Shown here: positions 27,626-39,720 of the stretch, one piece after another
Layout: every line of letters begins with the position of its first letter
Position numbering within the stretch: position 1 is the stretch's first letter
Assembly (NCBI GenBank): GCA_009602725.1
Contig: WELB01000003.1
Coordinates: 1,277,500-1,325,303 of the forward strand
Reading direction: 5' to 3'
Length of the DNA stretch: 47,804 bases
DNA from: Spirogloea muscicola
Lineage: Eukaryota
Translations under genes and position numbers: made by a program
Notes under the pieces: model-generated
The model's input: only the letters and a program-made list of their open reading frames with translations
Told to the model about the DNA's origin: nothing
Databases searched by the model: none

Positions 27626-28906
27626 CGAAAATATTCCTACTTCAAGTTCGTGCTATTGAAGTAAAACGAATCTTAGGCTTGGTTGTGGGAGAGCAACAAG
27701 CTCCAAGGGGCTCCTAGACAAAGCGGCTCTTTGGAGCCCTTATCATACATCTCTGGCTGCATGGGTCCTCGTTTAGATACCCTACTTGAGACATCGCAAG
27801 TCTAGGATATGCACGACGTAAGGATGCGCATCAGCCGAGATGGGCATGCCGGCAGAGTATCTTCTCCTTGCATTTACAGTGTACTTGCTCAGCTTGGCCT
27901 CCCTTCTATCATGCGCACGCGTGCCTATTCATCAGAGAAGCAGCTCCCAAAAGGGGTGCAAGTGCTGTGATAGACTGAGTAGCTCCAAAGTGCTGTGAAA
28001 GGCCAGCCCAAAAAGAATGGACATGGTCCGAAGTGGGCTGGAAAGCGCAGCCACTTGGCAAAGTAAGTGGCCACTACAAATGGCTGTTCGATATTCCCGA
28101 GTCAGCAGCCTTCATTCGCCTGCTATCCAGGTGCAAGTTGCACTGAAGGTGGTTACGAAGAAGCTGCATCAAGTGTCTGCTAGACGCACAGATAGAGCAA
28201 TTGTCAGCTTACCAGCAGATACACAGAGTATTCTGAGGTGCTGTCCAGCTGCTTCTTATGCTTCCTCCTAAGCAGGTGACAGACAGAGAGGGCCAAAGTA
28301 TGACGACGCATGTGAAGCTTCATGGATCTCAGAGATGCTCAAGTACCTGTGCTTCTGCAACAATGATGTCCACAATCTGTGAACAAGTCGAGCCCCACAC
28401 AAGGCAACATCCGCATCCTAAAGTTGCTGAGCTTGCAGGCTGTCTGGTGGGTCCTCAAGGAATGCGAAAAGTGGAGGGCATGGTGGCGGATTCTTTCTTT
28501 AGGCCGTCAAGAAATGTCCGAAATGTATCCTCGTGGACAGCAGGCAGGCAATACTGGGTCGATCTCGATGATAGAGGACAGAGTAAAGATGCTAGATGTG
28601 AAATCAAAGATTGACCGTCATTGGAAAACACCCTACTGAGGTAAGCTTGCAGCTTGCAGGTACTGCACGGGTCTTTTGTCGTTTTGGTGTGCTCATGCTA
28701 GATCAATATCCGAAGCTGCTAAACTGATACGCAGCCATTAAAGCGTTTGCAGTACTAGGTGAGAGGTGCAGCATAGATACCTGCAGCTTTCCTTTACTTA
28801 CTAAGCACAACTAGCAAACCCGAATGCGATGCACAACTAATGCATCCAGCAGGGTGGCAGCCCAGTGCAGGTGGCTCGTAGTGAAGAGACAATGGTTGTG
28901 ACCACT

Positions 28907-29852
28907 TCAGCTGTACACCTGGGGTGGTTGAGGCTGTGGCTTTGCTCGAGTTTTGACGTCCTCGTGTCGCTCAAGAACAATCATGAAGAGATAGCCTGCC
29001 GCCCAAACGGTGATGAGGGGCCAAGGAGCCCAGCACAGGCAGCCCAGGAGGGTGAGGATGGAGCCGATGTACTGCGGATCTTGAATATAGGTGAAAGGAA
29101 AGTCCACCACCCATGGCACATATTTGCCAAAGCGCACACCGTAGTATACTCCAGATTCCCCTAGCAGCTGATAGACTCTGGCAGACCACCCAAGCAATGA
29201 CAGCGTCAGTGGAATGAATGCACCCATGGCCCGCGTGTGTACAATGCAACTAAAATTTTTCGGTGTTTGTCGAGTCAAAGAGGTCATCCATGATAGGTAC
29301 ATTGCGCAGACGCTTTGAAAGTGCTCTTGGCAGCAACTATTGAGATGGCAGTAGACCGCTTGACTGAGCAAAACGTCACTGCTAAAACCCTGTCCAGGCA
29401 ACTGATGACATGTCTTCAGCCCCCTCTGCTAAGCGAGGGAGTAGCACAATGACCTCAGAGCAGAGGTGGACAGTAGTACACAACTTGTCAGCAAGTTGCA
29501 GCAGCCTGGTCAAAGTGCACCTCGCAGGGGCCCTGAGCCCGTGTTACCTGATATTAAGGGCTTGACCGGCGGCAATAGCGAGGACGCAATACCAAGGGGG
29601 CCACCGCAGCGTCGACTGGCTCAGTACTGCGGCAGCCTGCACGAGCTTGAGGACGTGCGCAGTGCGGGCCATGGTCCGGCAGGGGTCCGCCCCGCGACAC
29701 CAGGCAACCCACCGGCGGGGGTGCGTCCACAGGTACCAGTAGAAGCAGAAGGGCAGAGCGACCGCCAGGCAGAGCAGCGCCTGGGTGACAGCCGCGAGCT
29801 CCATCTCCAGGACATTGTACGCGCGCCACAGGAGCTCCGTCGCCTCCACCAT
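28907..29852 (-). CDS. PLMT: Phosphatidyl-N-methylethanolamine N-methyltransferase (PLMT); two exons, 29852-29548 and 29177-28907
   Basis: LPFCFYWYLWTHPRRWV..CRGADPCRTMA..AHVLKLVQ..WPPWY..AGQALNIR|VYQLLGESGVYYGVRFGKYVPWVVDFPFTYIQDPQYIGSIL; GT-AG intron in the correct phase. Confidence 0.94.
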
Positions 29853-30347
29853 GTTAGCTACTGGTATGCAGCGCCAGTGGCGGCAGGAGTGGCGGTAGCG
29901 GCAGTCGACTTGCAGCTCAGCCGAAGCTCTGTCACGGGAACCTCGCTGAACTGTCGACCAGAGAGCTCAGGACCGCACCACAGCAGCGTCACGAGCGCAG
30001 CCTTGCAGGGCTCGGCGGACCATTGCGGCGTGGCGCGCGACGAGGGATGGCGGCTGAGAGCCGCTCAAGCTGTCGCCGGCAGCTGAGGTGCCATGACCAG
30101 GCCGCCCCAGCCAACGCGCCGGTAGCCGTCGTGCAGAGGGATGACACTGCGGCCCCAATTCCAGGGGCCGCTTTCCGCCAGGCCCGCCTTGGCGTTCCCC
30201 GCTGGCCTTTCCGCCCTCCCGCCTGGCGCCGCGACGGCGGCGGCGGCGGCGAAGGCGGCGGCGGCAGCGGCGGCGGCGGCGTCGGGCCTCCTTGCCACGC
30301 GGCGGAGTGCAGAATTGGGCTAACCTACGCAGCCCCTGTTGCGTAGG

Positions 30348-30394
30348 CTAAACCCTAAACCCTAAACTCCTAAACTCAAAACCCGAAACCCTAA
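30348..30394. repeat. Degenerate interstitial telomere-like repeat (CCCTAAA)n
   Basis: taaaccctaaaccctaaactcctaaactcaaaacccgaaaccctaa. Confidence 0.8.
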
Positions 30395-30424
30395 GAGCGA
30401 GCAATCCTCTGTTGCGCCCTGGCC

Positions 30425-31330
30425 CTGCGCCTGGGAGCGCTATAGACTCAATGATAGCCGCATTCTGTAGCAGGCAACGATGGCTTGCGGGACGCTAGAA
30501 TGGCCTAAGCTACCATATAAAAACTGTTAGGTATAGAAATGGGCGTTCTGTTCAGGTCGGCCATCGGGCTTGGCCGTTCTCGCTTTATGGAGAGCTCACT
30601 GCCATCGAAGCCATCGCCCCTTTACGGGAAGGGTCATTCTCTCCCACATTCACTGCACTAGCTTTTGGCCTGGCCTATATTGGCTGGCTTTTGCCCTCCC
30701 TTTCAGTCAGGAAGGAAACAAGAAGAAACGGCTCTTCCAAAATTGACAGCAAGGAAACAGCTCTTCCAATGCAACTGCTGCTCAGGGACACTAAGCTCCC
30801 CTTTGCAGTAGTCTCTTGCATAGCTGTCTGGTTATGGGGCCTTTCGGCCCTTTGGACCTTGTCCATTCTTCTGGGCTGGCCAATCACAGCCCCCCCCAGA
30901 GGTCAGCCCAAACAGCTCTTCCAATGAAGGCAATGGCTGTGAGAGGCCAGCCCAAAGCAATGTACAAGGCCTGAAAGGGCCGGACGGCGCAATACAACAC
31001 GATAAGCCATGCGCGCCCCGCACATTATCCCATATTTGAGCTTGGGCTTCCCCATAGCCGTCCAGTCTTCTGGGTTAGGCCTGGCCACCGGCCACCTGTT
31101 GGAAGTGCATGGCCCCTTCAGGCCACTGGCTTCCGTGGCAGCGCTCCGGCTCCTCAAATCAGCCAGTCGGATTTGTATATGCTCACCCGTGGGTACCAAC
31201 GTCAACTTTCCTTCAGCCACCTGAGCATAGGGCTTCGTTTTGTGTTGCCCCACTCTTTTGCACTAGCTTTTGCCTGAACAATGTAATGGCTTGAATTTGC
31301 CACTTTCATATATGAGCACCGCGCGCCTTC
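30425..31330. mobile_element. Nest of short CRE 3' relics and modules
   Basis: 30430-30514 matches 27180-27263 (minus). Modules lie at ~30873 (+) and ~30915-30955 (-). 31030-31200 reads ..SDLYMLTRGY and is followed by a terminus ending gcaccgcgcgccttc at ~31330. Confidence 0.75.
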
Positions 31331-31935
31331 TTGTTAGCATCCATTGGTCCAGCATCGACGCACATCGCTGGCCACGCAGTGGGCAGTGCAGAACAAAGAA
31401 AGCTGCAGCACTATTCCGATTACCCCCAATGCGATCAGCCAGCGGCAGTCGACATCTTTGGCTGTTTAGGTCATCGTCTCCACCCTCTCCTTCAGAATAT
31501 TGCATATCTAGGCTACACACGACATGCAGATGTGTTCCCGGCTGAGATGGGCTTGCCAGCTGCATATCTGTCGTTCTTGCGACGGCGAATTTCGGCCTGT
31601 TTGCAGCGTGCTCAGGCTAATGCTTTGCACAAGAAAGCTGGGCAAGCTCTAGTTGGTGGCAGAAGGGCCTCATATCTGCCATCTAGTATTCAGGCATCAA
31701 TTAGCAACCTTTATGTTTTTGACCCGTGGTTTCTGAGCTGGTCAATCTGCTGTAATTTATGTAGGTCTTCAGATGTGCTTGCCTTTTGGCCTTGTGGTAC
31801 TTGGCCATTTGGCCTTCGTTTGTTTCAAATACACGAAACATTTTCATTGGCCACTTGAGTCGCTGTGTGCTTGGGCGCGTTTTCTGGCCCCTTCCAACTA
31901 TATTCATTCTTTTTCCAGGGCGGCCAATCACAGCT
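31331..31935 (+). mobile_element. 5'-truncated CRE copy of a divergent subfamily (RLE C-terminus plus UTR)
   Basis: IAGHAVGSAEQRKLQHYSDYP..PAAVDIFGCLG..FLRRRISACLQRAQANALHKKAGQAL is homologous to FAGHAVGLAARAKERKYADHP..ALAIDVHGAFG..FRMRLAVSFQRSLAHAVHTRAGRAL. Confidence 0.85.
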
Positions 31936-32256
31936 ATCAGGTAATAGAGTTTGAACTAAGTGATAGAGGGCCTGAGTGGCCAAGTACGAAGGCAAGCACA
32001 TTAACAGATGTACATCACCTGCTGCTAAGCTGACCTCTTCTGAGGTAAATGGCAATATTTCTTCTCTTCACAAGTACATTTTCTCCAAACCCGAGCCATC
32101 AGGTAACAGAGTTTCTACTAAGTGATGGAGGGCCTGAGTGGCCAAGTACGAAGGTAAGCACATTGACAGATGTACATCACCTGCTGCTAAGCTGACCTCT
32201 ACTGAGCTAAATGGCAAGATTTCTCCTCTTTTCGAAGTGCATTTTCTCGAAACCCC
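31936..32256. repeat. Tandem duplication, 2 x ~162 bp, immediately upstream of the quinone oxidoreductase
   Basis: atcaggtaa..agggcctgagtggccaagtacgaagg(c/t)aagcacatt..gtacatcacctgctgctaagctgacctct..aaaccc starts at 31936 and again at 32098. Confidence 0.93.
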
Positions 32257-32384
32257 ACAGACTCCTCCCTGGCCGCACTCAACCGNCGCCGCCGCCGCCG
32301 CCGCCGCTGCTGCCGCTGCCGCCGACCCTTCGCGTCGCAGGCTCGCCGTTGGAAGGCTCCATAGCCCGTGCAGCTCCGCCTTCG

Positions 32385-34317
32385 ATGAAGGCCATTGTGA
32401 TCACGCAGCCCGGCGGACCGGAGGTCCTGCAGCTGCAGGACGTGCCGGACGTGGCGCCGGCGCATGGCGAGGTCCTCATACGGGTGGCTGCCACGGCTCT
32501 CAACGGCGCGGACAAGATGCAGGTCGGGGCTGCCCCTTCCGATGAGCGCGGACGCCAAGGAATGCACAATAGTTCCGAGGTCTTGCGTCGCTGCAGAAGC
32601 AGAAATTCAGATTCTCAGAGGCTCTCTCACTCAGCACAGTGCTCTATAGCAACAGTTCTCAAGCAGATCAAGTGTCCTGTGCACGTACTCATGCTGAGCA
32701 ACTTGGCAAGGTCAATCTTGAACAGCGGCAAGGCAAGTACGCGCCTCCGCCGGGGGCGTCGGCAATACTGGGCCTGGAGTGCTCCGGAACGATCGAGCAG
32801 CTCGGTGAAGGCGTGGAAGGCTTGAACGTGGGAGACGAGGCAAGCCCCGACTGCATGCGCTGAACCTCACGCCCACTTACACTAAGCTGCTCGTATCGAG
32901 CTCGCTCCAGAAAGCTCCTTAGCAAGCAATCTGCAACTTGGCAGCCAGCTTGCTTACTGCTGGCATGGCTTGACAAAGGGGCGGCTCCTCATGGATGCTC
33001 TCTTCCATGAGTGCATAGGTGTGTGCGCTCCTTGCTGGTGGCGGTTATGCCGAGAAAGTGAACGTTCCGGCCGGGCAGGTCCTGCCAAGGCCAAAGAATG
33101 TGCCTCTGGTCGAGGCAGCGGGACTACCTGAGGTTGCCTGCACTGTGTGGTCCACAATCTTCGAGATGTCCAAACTCAAGCGTGGAGAGACCCTTCTGGT
33201 ACGCGGTTAGCCATCCTCATTAAGTACCTTCTTGACTGTTCTGCGGGACCTCAAGGTATTCCTCTCGACTTGCAGCCTTAGCCTGCAGTGAGCAATCTGC
33301 AGTTGTAAGTACGTCAACATCACATTCTCTATGCAGATACACGGGGGTTCTAGTGGAGTTGGTACTTTTGCAACCCAACTTGCGGTGGCACTTGGTTGCC
33401 GAGTGCTCATCACCGCTGGTAAGAATGCTCGTCTACCTGCTACCCTGTCAGTGCCCCGATACTTGATCAGCTCTTAATCCATCTTGTTTATGTGAAGTGC
33501 TTTGGAGCAAAATCCTGAGAAGTTCCTGCTGCTACCCTTGATCACTTTACTTTGAGTGCGGCAGGTAGCAAGGAGAAAATAGAGGCAGTGAAGAAGCTGG
33601 GAGCAGAAGTTGGCATTAATTACAAGGAGGAAGACTTTGTCCAGGTTTGCAAGGAGGTTACAAATGGCCAAGGTAAAGTGCAGCTGACTCTCCTTACAAA
33701 ATGTTTAACCACCATTTGCACTCCAGAGATGAGTGAGATTGCTATTAATAAAAGCCCTTCTGTGAACACTGAGCACAGACTGCATGATGCAGGGGTGGAT
33801 GTTGTCCTGGATCACATTGGCGGCCCTTATCTGGCAAACAATCTGGATGTGTTAGCGAAGGATGGTAGACTATTCTGCCTGTACTTTGCGGGGGGCTCAA
33901 AGGCCGAGCTGGACTTGACACCAGTATTCAAGAAGCGCTTGACCATCCAATGTTAGCAAGCTTCTATCTTCTCCCATCCGTGGTTTCAGAAAGACTAGCG
34001 CTGAGCTCATTGCAATTTTTTGACGTCTGTCATTCCAATGGTACCCAGTATGGCAAAGCATGCTCACAAATACTTGCTGTGGGCAATCTTGTCCTCCAGC
34101 TGCAGGGCTCCGAGCACGGCCACTTGACCAGAAGGCGCGGATATTGTTGGAGGTGCGCAAGAATGTGTGGCCATTGATTGAGAGTGGACAAATTAAGCCA
34201 GTCATTGACTGCATTCTTCCTCTCGCGGAGGCTGCGAAAGCACATGAGCACCTTGAGTCAAGTGCTCATATAGGCAAAATTGTCCTACAAGTGGACCGTT
34301 CGGATGGACATGCTTGA
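32385..34317 (+). CDS. NAD(P)H quinone oxidoreductase, PIG3-type (MDR / zeta-crystallin family), multi-exon
   Basis: MKAIVITQPGGPEVLQLQDVP..GEVLIRVAATALNGADKMQ|RQGKYAPPPGASAILGLECSG..|VCALLAGGGYAEKV..EAAGLPEVACTVWS|IHGGSSGVGTFA..|..AAKAHEHLESSAHIGKIVL. Confidence 0.95.
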
Positions 34318-35244
34318 GGACAGTCTGTTAGGCACTCACTTGCTGTGTGTTGGCTGCATAGACCGTGCTATGATGGAAGTGCATTGCTCACCATGCCCAA
34401 TAATTTGGCTATAGCTGGCTAGCTGCCAGGATAGCCAATCCTACATATTTATTTGGGCAATCTGTGTTTGTGCAGGTTGATCTAAGAATGACAAAGCACA
34501 TTAAATCGCAGTAGACATAGTTTGTCTGCGGCTGTAGATAATTGGTAAGCATGCAATTGCAGCACTGAAACTCTCGAATGTGGAGCTCATGTCATTGCTG
34601 GGAATGCCCCATGCTGAGGCAAGTGGGTTCCTGGCACAGCAATCACAAGCGTGTGCCACCATGCAATGCAAGGGCCACTTGATCACTGCCAACCTATGTA
34701 GCTTATAACGGAAGTTGTACTTACGAATCAAACACGTAGATGTATATTCAATGCAAGGGTCAGACAGACTGTGCAAGGGAGCAATCCGCGAATGGCTCCC
34801 TTGCTACGTGATGGTTTGCAAGTGCAAGGAAGGCCCATCGAGCCCTGCCAGGACACAGACGAATTTATGCCAATGGTTTGAGCAAACGAGCCTGCCTGCT
34901 CGTTGGCAAGGGTCTGCCACCTGCGAGGAGACTCAGTTCCTTTCGCAAGAGAATTTCCACATCGCCCTGGCTGTGGATTGCCAAGGGGGAAAGGTAGTTG
35001 CTCTGTTGCTTATCTGTGTAGACTGCAAGGCCAACACCTCCACCGAGGGTCCTGAGCAAGTGGTCAGGAAGAAGACTGCAAGGACAAAGGCTGCAACTTA
35101 TAAGCCAGATAAGGCGATCGTCCGATGAAGTGCGCGAGCTAGCCACTCTTGTGGGAGAGCCCCTCACCTTCTGTCCTTGTTCCTTGTCCGGTACCTTGTG
35201 TCAAAATCCCTTTCCGGCTGGCTGTTTGGCACAGCCCTTATTAA

Positions 35245-35397
35245 AGAAGGAAAGCAGCTGCAAATCACTCAGTAGCCCCTGCTAAGCAGCCGCAAATCAG
35301 AGAGGCTAGGGTCCTGAAAGTGGGTCCCCTGGCCAGAGCCAGAGGCAGCAGCAAGTGCCCGGCCCGGCACGAAGGTGCAGCGCAAGGACCATGGACC
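35245..35397 (-). mobile_element. CRE 3' fragment (LLSRGY subfamily)
   Basis: Reverse complement matches ~22460-22610 (ALHLRAGRALAAASGSGQGTHFQDPSLSDLRLLSRGY*). Confidence 0.88.
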
Positions 35398-35785
35398 GCT
35401 TATTTCCTTCATTGGGAGAGACACTTCTGTTGTCGCTTTTTTGGTTGCCTAGGCTGGGCAAGGGCCAAGCAGCTGGGCGCCACTTGTGACGGCTCCACCC
35501 GACGTGTGGGCCCCGCCTTCCGGCGCCCCCGGGAACCCCGTCGGCGCGTCACGCCCAGAGACGAGCTGCAGCCCCCGCCTTCCGCGCTCCCGCCGCCGCC
35601 GCCGCCACCGCCGCCGCGCCTCCCGCCGCGTGCCGCTGCGGATCACGCGCCTTGGGGCTCGCGCGACGGCGCCTCTACTTTAGCGAGAGCGGCAGCGCAA
35701 CCCCTCGCCCGTCGCCCAGCACCATCTCCGTGCAGCCGTTGGCGCCTCCTACGGCAGCAGCGCAGGAGCTCCCGGCGCGGCCGCC

Positions 35786-36565
35786 ATGGGCAAGGGGGCC
35801 GACAGGTCAGCGCAGCGACGAGCACAGTAGCTCGGAGGCTCCCCAACGAACGCACCGTGTTGGTCGTTAGAGATTCGCGTCCATGCCGCAGCTAGTGATG
35901 ACCGTTACTGCGATCTGATCGTGGAACTCAACTAGGCGTTGAGCGCTGTGGGAGGCTCCAGCGCAACGGCACCAAGCAGCGGCTGCCGTGTCGTGGCAGG
36001 GACGGCGCCGTGACCGTGTGCGGAGTGCTCCTCGCCATCCTCCTGCCGCCGCTGGGAGTCTTCGTGAAGGTCAGCGCACTCTGCTCTGGTCCTGCTGCAG
36101 TAGGCTCCCGATGGTTGGGCTCACAATCGAGAGGCAGCAGGGTGCTCATAGATGGCATGCAGCGGGTGCCTGCCAGCTGATCGTGCGTGAGCGAATGGCA
36201 AACAGGCTTAACGCCGTGCTGCTAGAGCAGTCTGAGGGCCGGCATGCATGCGCTCTTGTATCTGAGAAGCCAGCCTCTGAGCATGCCGGCGACTCCTTCA
36301 AGGTGGCGCGCGCGTTGCTGTGTCAGGAAAATTGTACGCGCGTCTTCGTCGCGCGTCTTATTAGGCGTCTTATCATGTCCGTCGCTTTTAATGCTTGTGT
36401 GCATGCAAGCCTCTGTTGACCTGATGGTCAACAGTTTGTATGTGCATGTCCCGCTTCTGGAGGTAGCGTGAGTGCCACATCGAGTTCTGGATATGCGTGC
36501 TGCTGACCATCCTAGGATACATTCCTGGAATCATATATGCCCTTTACGTGTTGATGAAATACTAA
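35786..36565 (+). CDS. RCI2: PMP3/RCI2/LTI6 small hydrophobic stress protein, three exons; absent from the ORF track
   Basis: Spliced reading MGKGADR|DGAVTVCGVLLAILLPPLGVFVK|RECHIEFWICVLLTILGYIPGIIYALYVLMKY* carries the PMP3 signature ILLPPLGV..EFWI..LTILGYIPG. Confidence 0.93.
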
Positions 36566-36689
36566 GGGTTCTTTGCTTCCCAAGACACTGTAGCGAGGGA
36601 GTCAGCAATACTACCTGCAGCAGACAATATGAGGGCTTCTGTAGCCTCTGTTGGCACATACACACTGTGATCAGCCTCAGATCCCTTAC

Positions 36690-36882
36690 TTGGCTCAGTA
36701 GAAAAGTATCAAGCTGTGCATACCAAGCCCTGGGAGCCTGTTTAATACCATGTAGTGCTTTCTTGAGCTTGCCCACCTTCATTTTCTTTGCCTGTCACTT
36801 CAAAATCTGCAGGTTGCTGCATGTAGATGTCCTCCTCTGAGTCTCCAATCAGAAAAGCTGTAGTTGACCTTTAACTGTACAC
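36690..36882 (-). mobile_element. Ty1/copia reverse-transcriptase relic
   Basis: With frameshifts: VQLKV-TAFLIGDSEEDIYMQQPADFEVTGKEN / KVGKLKKALHGIKQAPRAWYAQLDTFL, matching copia RT QMDVKTAFLNGxLxExIYMxQP...KLxKALYGLKQAPRAW. Confidence 0.88.
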
Positions 36883-37744
36883 AGTGCTCGGGAGCAGTGT
36901 CGCAGACAGCTCTTAGGGAGTACTCCGTAATACGCTTTTGTGTTGCACATTGTGACAGAAATAGTGATACTAGACACACTAGCTTGAAAACCTTGTGAGT
37001 ATGATAGTGCTGCATAAGCTAGAATTGCCTGCGATATGGAAGGGCATGGAATCAGCTAAAGTTCTGTTGGGGCTGCGTACTAAGAAGGCAGCATACCATA
37101 AGAATAAATCGGCAACTCGCAGATGATGCAGCTTGCATATTCCAAGCATGGATCTCACTGCATAGCTCGATACATGATTTGTAGCGTCTAACTTGGTAAC
37201 ATGCAACTGTGATTTACGGCTGGCCTGTTTGGATAAGCAGCTGCATGGTAGAGCAGACAACTTGCAAGCCACCCTGCTGTGCTACAGATGCGGCAGTCGC
37301 AGATGCAGCAATGGGATGGGCACATATGACCAGCCAGTGAGACAAATGTCGAGACTTAAGCTGGGCTCCTTGGCGAGCTCCAATACGAACAGACCACCTT
37401 ATTTTTAGCCTGTGGCCCTCTGGCAGCTGCTCCCTCTGTTCAATTGTGTAAGCTCGACTGGCATTCGTGGCCGCTCCTTCAATCAGCAGTCATACTCCTC
37501 ACAGATACAACTCACTACAACATAAATTGGGGATTGCTATTCCACTTTAGCTGTCCCTGTGACTTCAGCTTCACAAGTCGACCGTGGGTCAAGGCCTCCG
37601 TGCTCCTTAGTCTTTGTGTGGTTCTTCTTCAGACTACCTACACAAAAATGTGTTGGCCCAAAAAAATGTTGGCTTTTTACAGCCACCAGAATTGTCATGA
37701 AGCTGCTATGCTCCTGTGATCTAAAATATTTGTCATTTTCTAAG

Positions 37745-37972
37745 TCTATGCTCCCAGGCGCTCGCGATACCAGCGTGCTGGGTGTGCATTAGGCCAGGCT
37801 AATGGCTTCCGTGGTGGTGGTCTGGCTCCTCAGCTTAGCTTGTCAGATATATATGTGCTCACTCGAGGAATTTAGTGCCCCCCTTAGCCAACTCATTTCC
37901 CCGTTACCAGGACATGTGCAAGGCAAGAATCGGCCTCTCTCTCAATTTCATGCGCACCGCACGCCTTCTCTC
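37745..37972 (+). mobile_element. CRE 3' fragment with type F terminus
   Basis: ..GFRGGG..LSDIYVLTRGI* then a UTR ending catgcgcaccgcacgccttctctc. Confidence 0.82.
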
Positions 37973-38829
37973 TAAGAAAAAATATTTCTCACCAGTGATT
38001 TATGCAATTTATTCAGCAGGGGAAGTGGCATCGAAAAGTGCCAGTGGGCCAATAGCCCCTTTGATCTCTGTACTACCAGACTGCTTAGTACTGCTGGTTC
38101 CATTAGTTGGCCATATCAAGAAAGGGCTGGAACCAAAGAGACGGATATCTGGCAAGAAAGGACCAGAGAGATTGCAACTGATAGAGTGTTAGAGGCAAGC
38201 AAGCAAGTGAGAAGAACAAACCAGGAAAACGCTAGACAGGTTCATAGAGCAAGCAGCACGTGAGAAATTAGTTGGGAATCTCACACAGTATGACTTTGTC
38301 ACCCTATATGTCCAGTTTGGAGCACAAGTCGGTATTGGAGAAAAGCAGCACAGCGACATCGCGTCTAGTGGAATAAAGCAGACTGTTACCGGACCTGCCC
38401 CCTCAGCTACCTCTGCCATCTCCTCCGACCTTGCAGAGCACTAAATATGACATTATTCAGGTTTTCCAAGCCTGAGTTGGTGGGTCTCCTTCATGTCCTC
38501 ACCAAAGGCCGGTGCCTGGCTAGCGATCCAACTCCCACAATATCAATAAGGACGTGGTAACAACTGCCACTATCAACCCAACCAACCTAAGTACGTTGGC
38601 AGGGTACGCAGTGCACGCGGTCAACAAGCGGCCCGCGTCAACGAACAGAAATTGCTTACCACACCGCCAAAGATGGGTTTGTTGCGCTGGCCATTGACGT
38701 ACACGGGCCGTCTGAGACATGATCAGACATTCTACAAGGGCTTGCCTTGCATGCGATCACCCGATGCCAAGGAGTGAAGCTTCTTCAACCGAAGGAAGTG
38801 AGCTCGTCCAGAAAGAAAGAAAGGACGCT

Positions 38830-39720
38830 AAGAAAAGACTTTCGTGTATTTGAAACAAACGAAGCCAAGTGGCCAAGTACAAAGGCAAGCACATCTAGAG
38901 ACGCACATCACCTACAGCAGATTGACCCGCTCAGTAACCACGCGTCAAACCATAAAGGTCGCTAATCGATGCCTGAACACTAGATGGCAGATACGAAGCC
39001 CTTCTACCATCAACCATTCTTTTTGGGCTGGCTTTTCGCAGCCCTTGCCCCCATTGGGAGTGCCCCTTCTTCTCTTAACTAGAGCTTGCCCAGCTTTCTG
39101 GTGCAAAGAAGAAGTGGCACTCCCAATGGGGGCAAGGGCTGCGAAAAGCCAGGCCAAAAAGACTTCACAAAGGTTCAAAGGGGCCTAAGAGCGGTGAGCA
39201 GCTACAAAGGGGCCTGAGGATGCAATGGTAAAACAGGGGGAGGATGGATCACTCAATAAGTACGAGTGAGGAGCCTCAGATCCGACAGACTAGCTGCCGG
39301 GAAGCTATCACCCTGACGAAAGCCAGAGCCCGCAGCGAGAGCACGGCCAGCTCGCAGATGCAGAGCGTGGGCCATGGACCGCTGCAGGGATACAGAGAGG
39401 CGCATCCGATATACCTGAGCCCACGAGCCCGCGGCGTTGAAGTCGGCTGGCTCGCCGCGTCTGCGGGACACAGCCCGCCGCGCAAGCCTAGCCNCTGCTA
39501 AGCAGCCGCATAAGCTGTGTGGTTCGGGCCCTTCACTCTTCCAATGTAAGAAAGAAAGAGAAGTGGCTCTTCCCTCTCTGGCCGCGCTTCTCTTCACTAT
39601 GGGCGAGCACTTGCTCTCTGCCAAGAAGAAGGGCTCGCCCATTGAGAATATGGGCTGGAACAGCCAGCCCAAAAAAGAATGAACACAGTACAAGAAGAGG
39701 GGGGGGGAAGGGCTGCCTCT
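38830..39720 (-). mobile_element. Nest of CRE 3' fragments from several subfamilies, containing a 62-bp plus-strand module insertion
   Basis: 38840-39105 is the inverse of the 31625-31840 type. 39105-39492 reads ARRAVSRRRGEPADFNAAGSWAQVYRMRL..LSDLRLLTRTY* plus UTR. A further minus-strand module lies at ~39620-39680. Confidence 0.85.

Noticed and set aside
34600..35150. Cys/His-rich stretch suggestive of a SWIM-type zinc-finger relic
   Set aside because: The motif is incomplete and split across frames, so it cannot be supported without a search.
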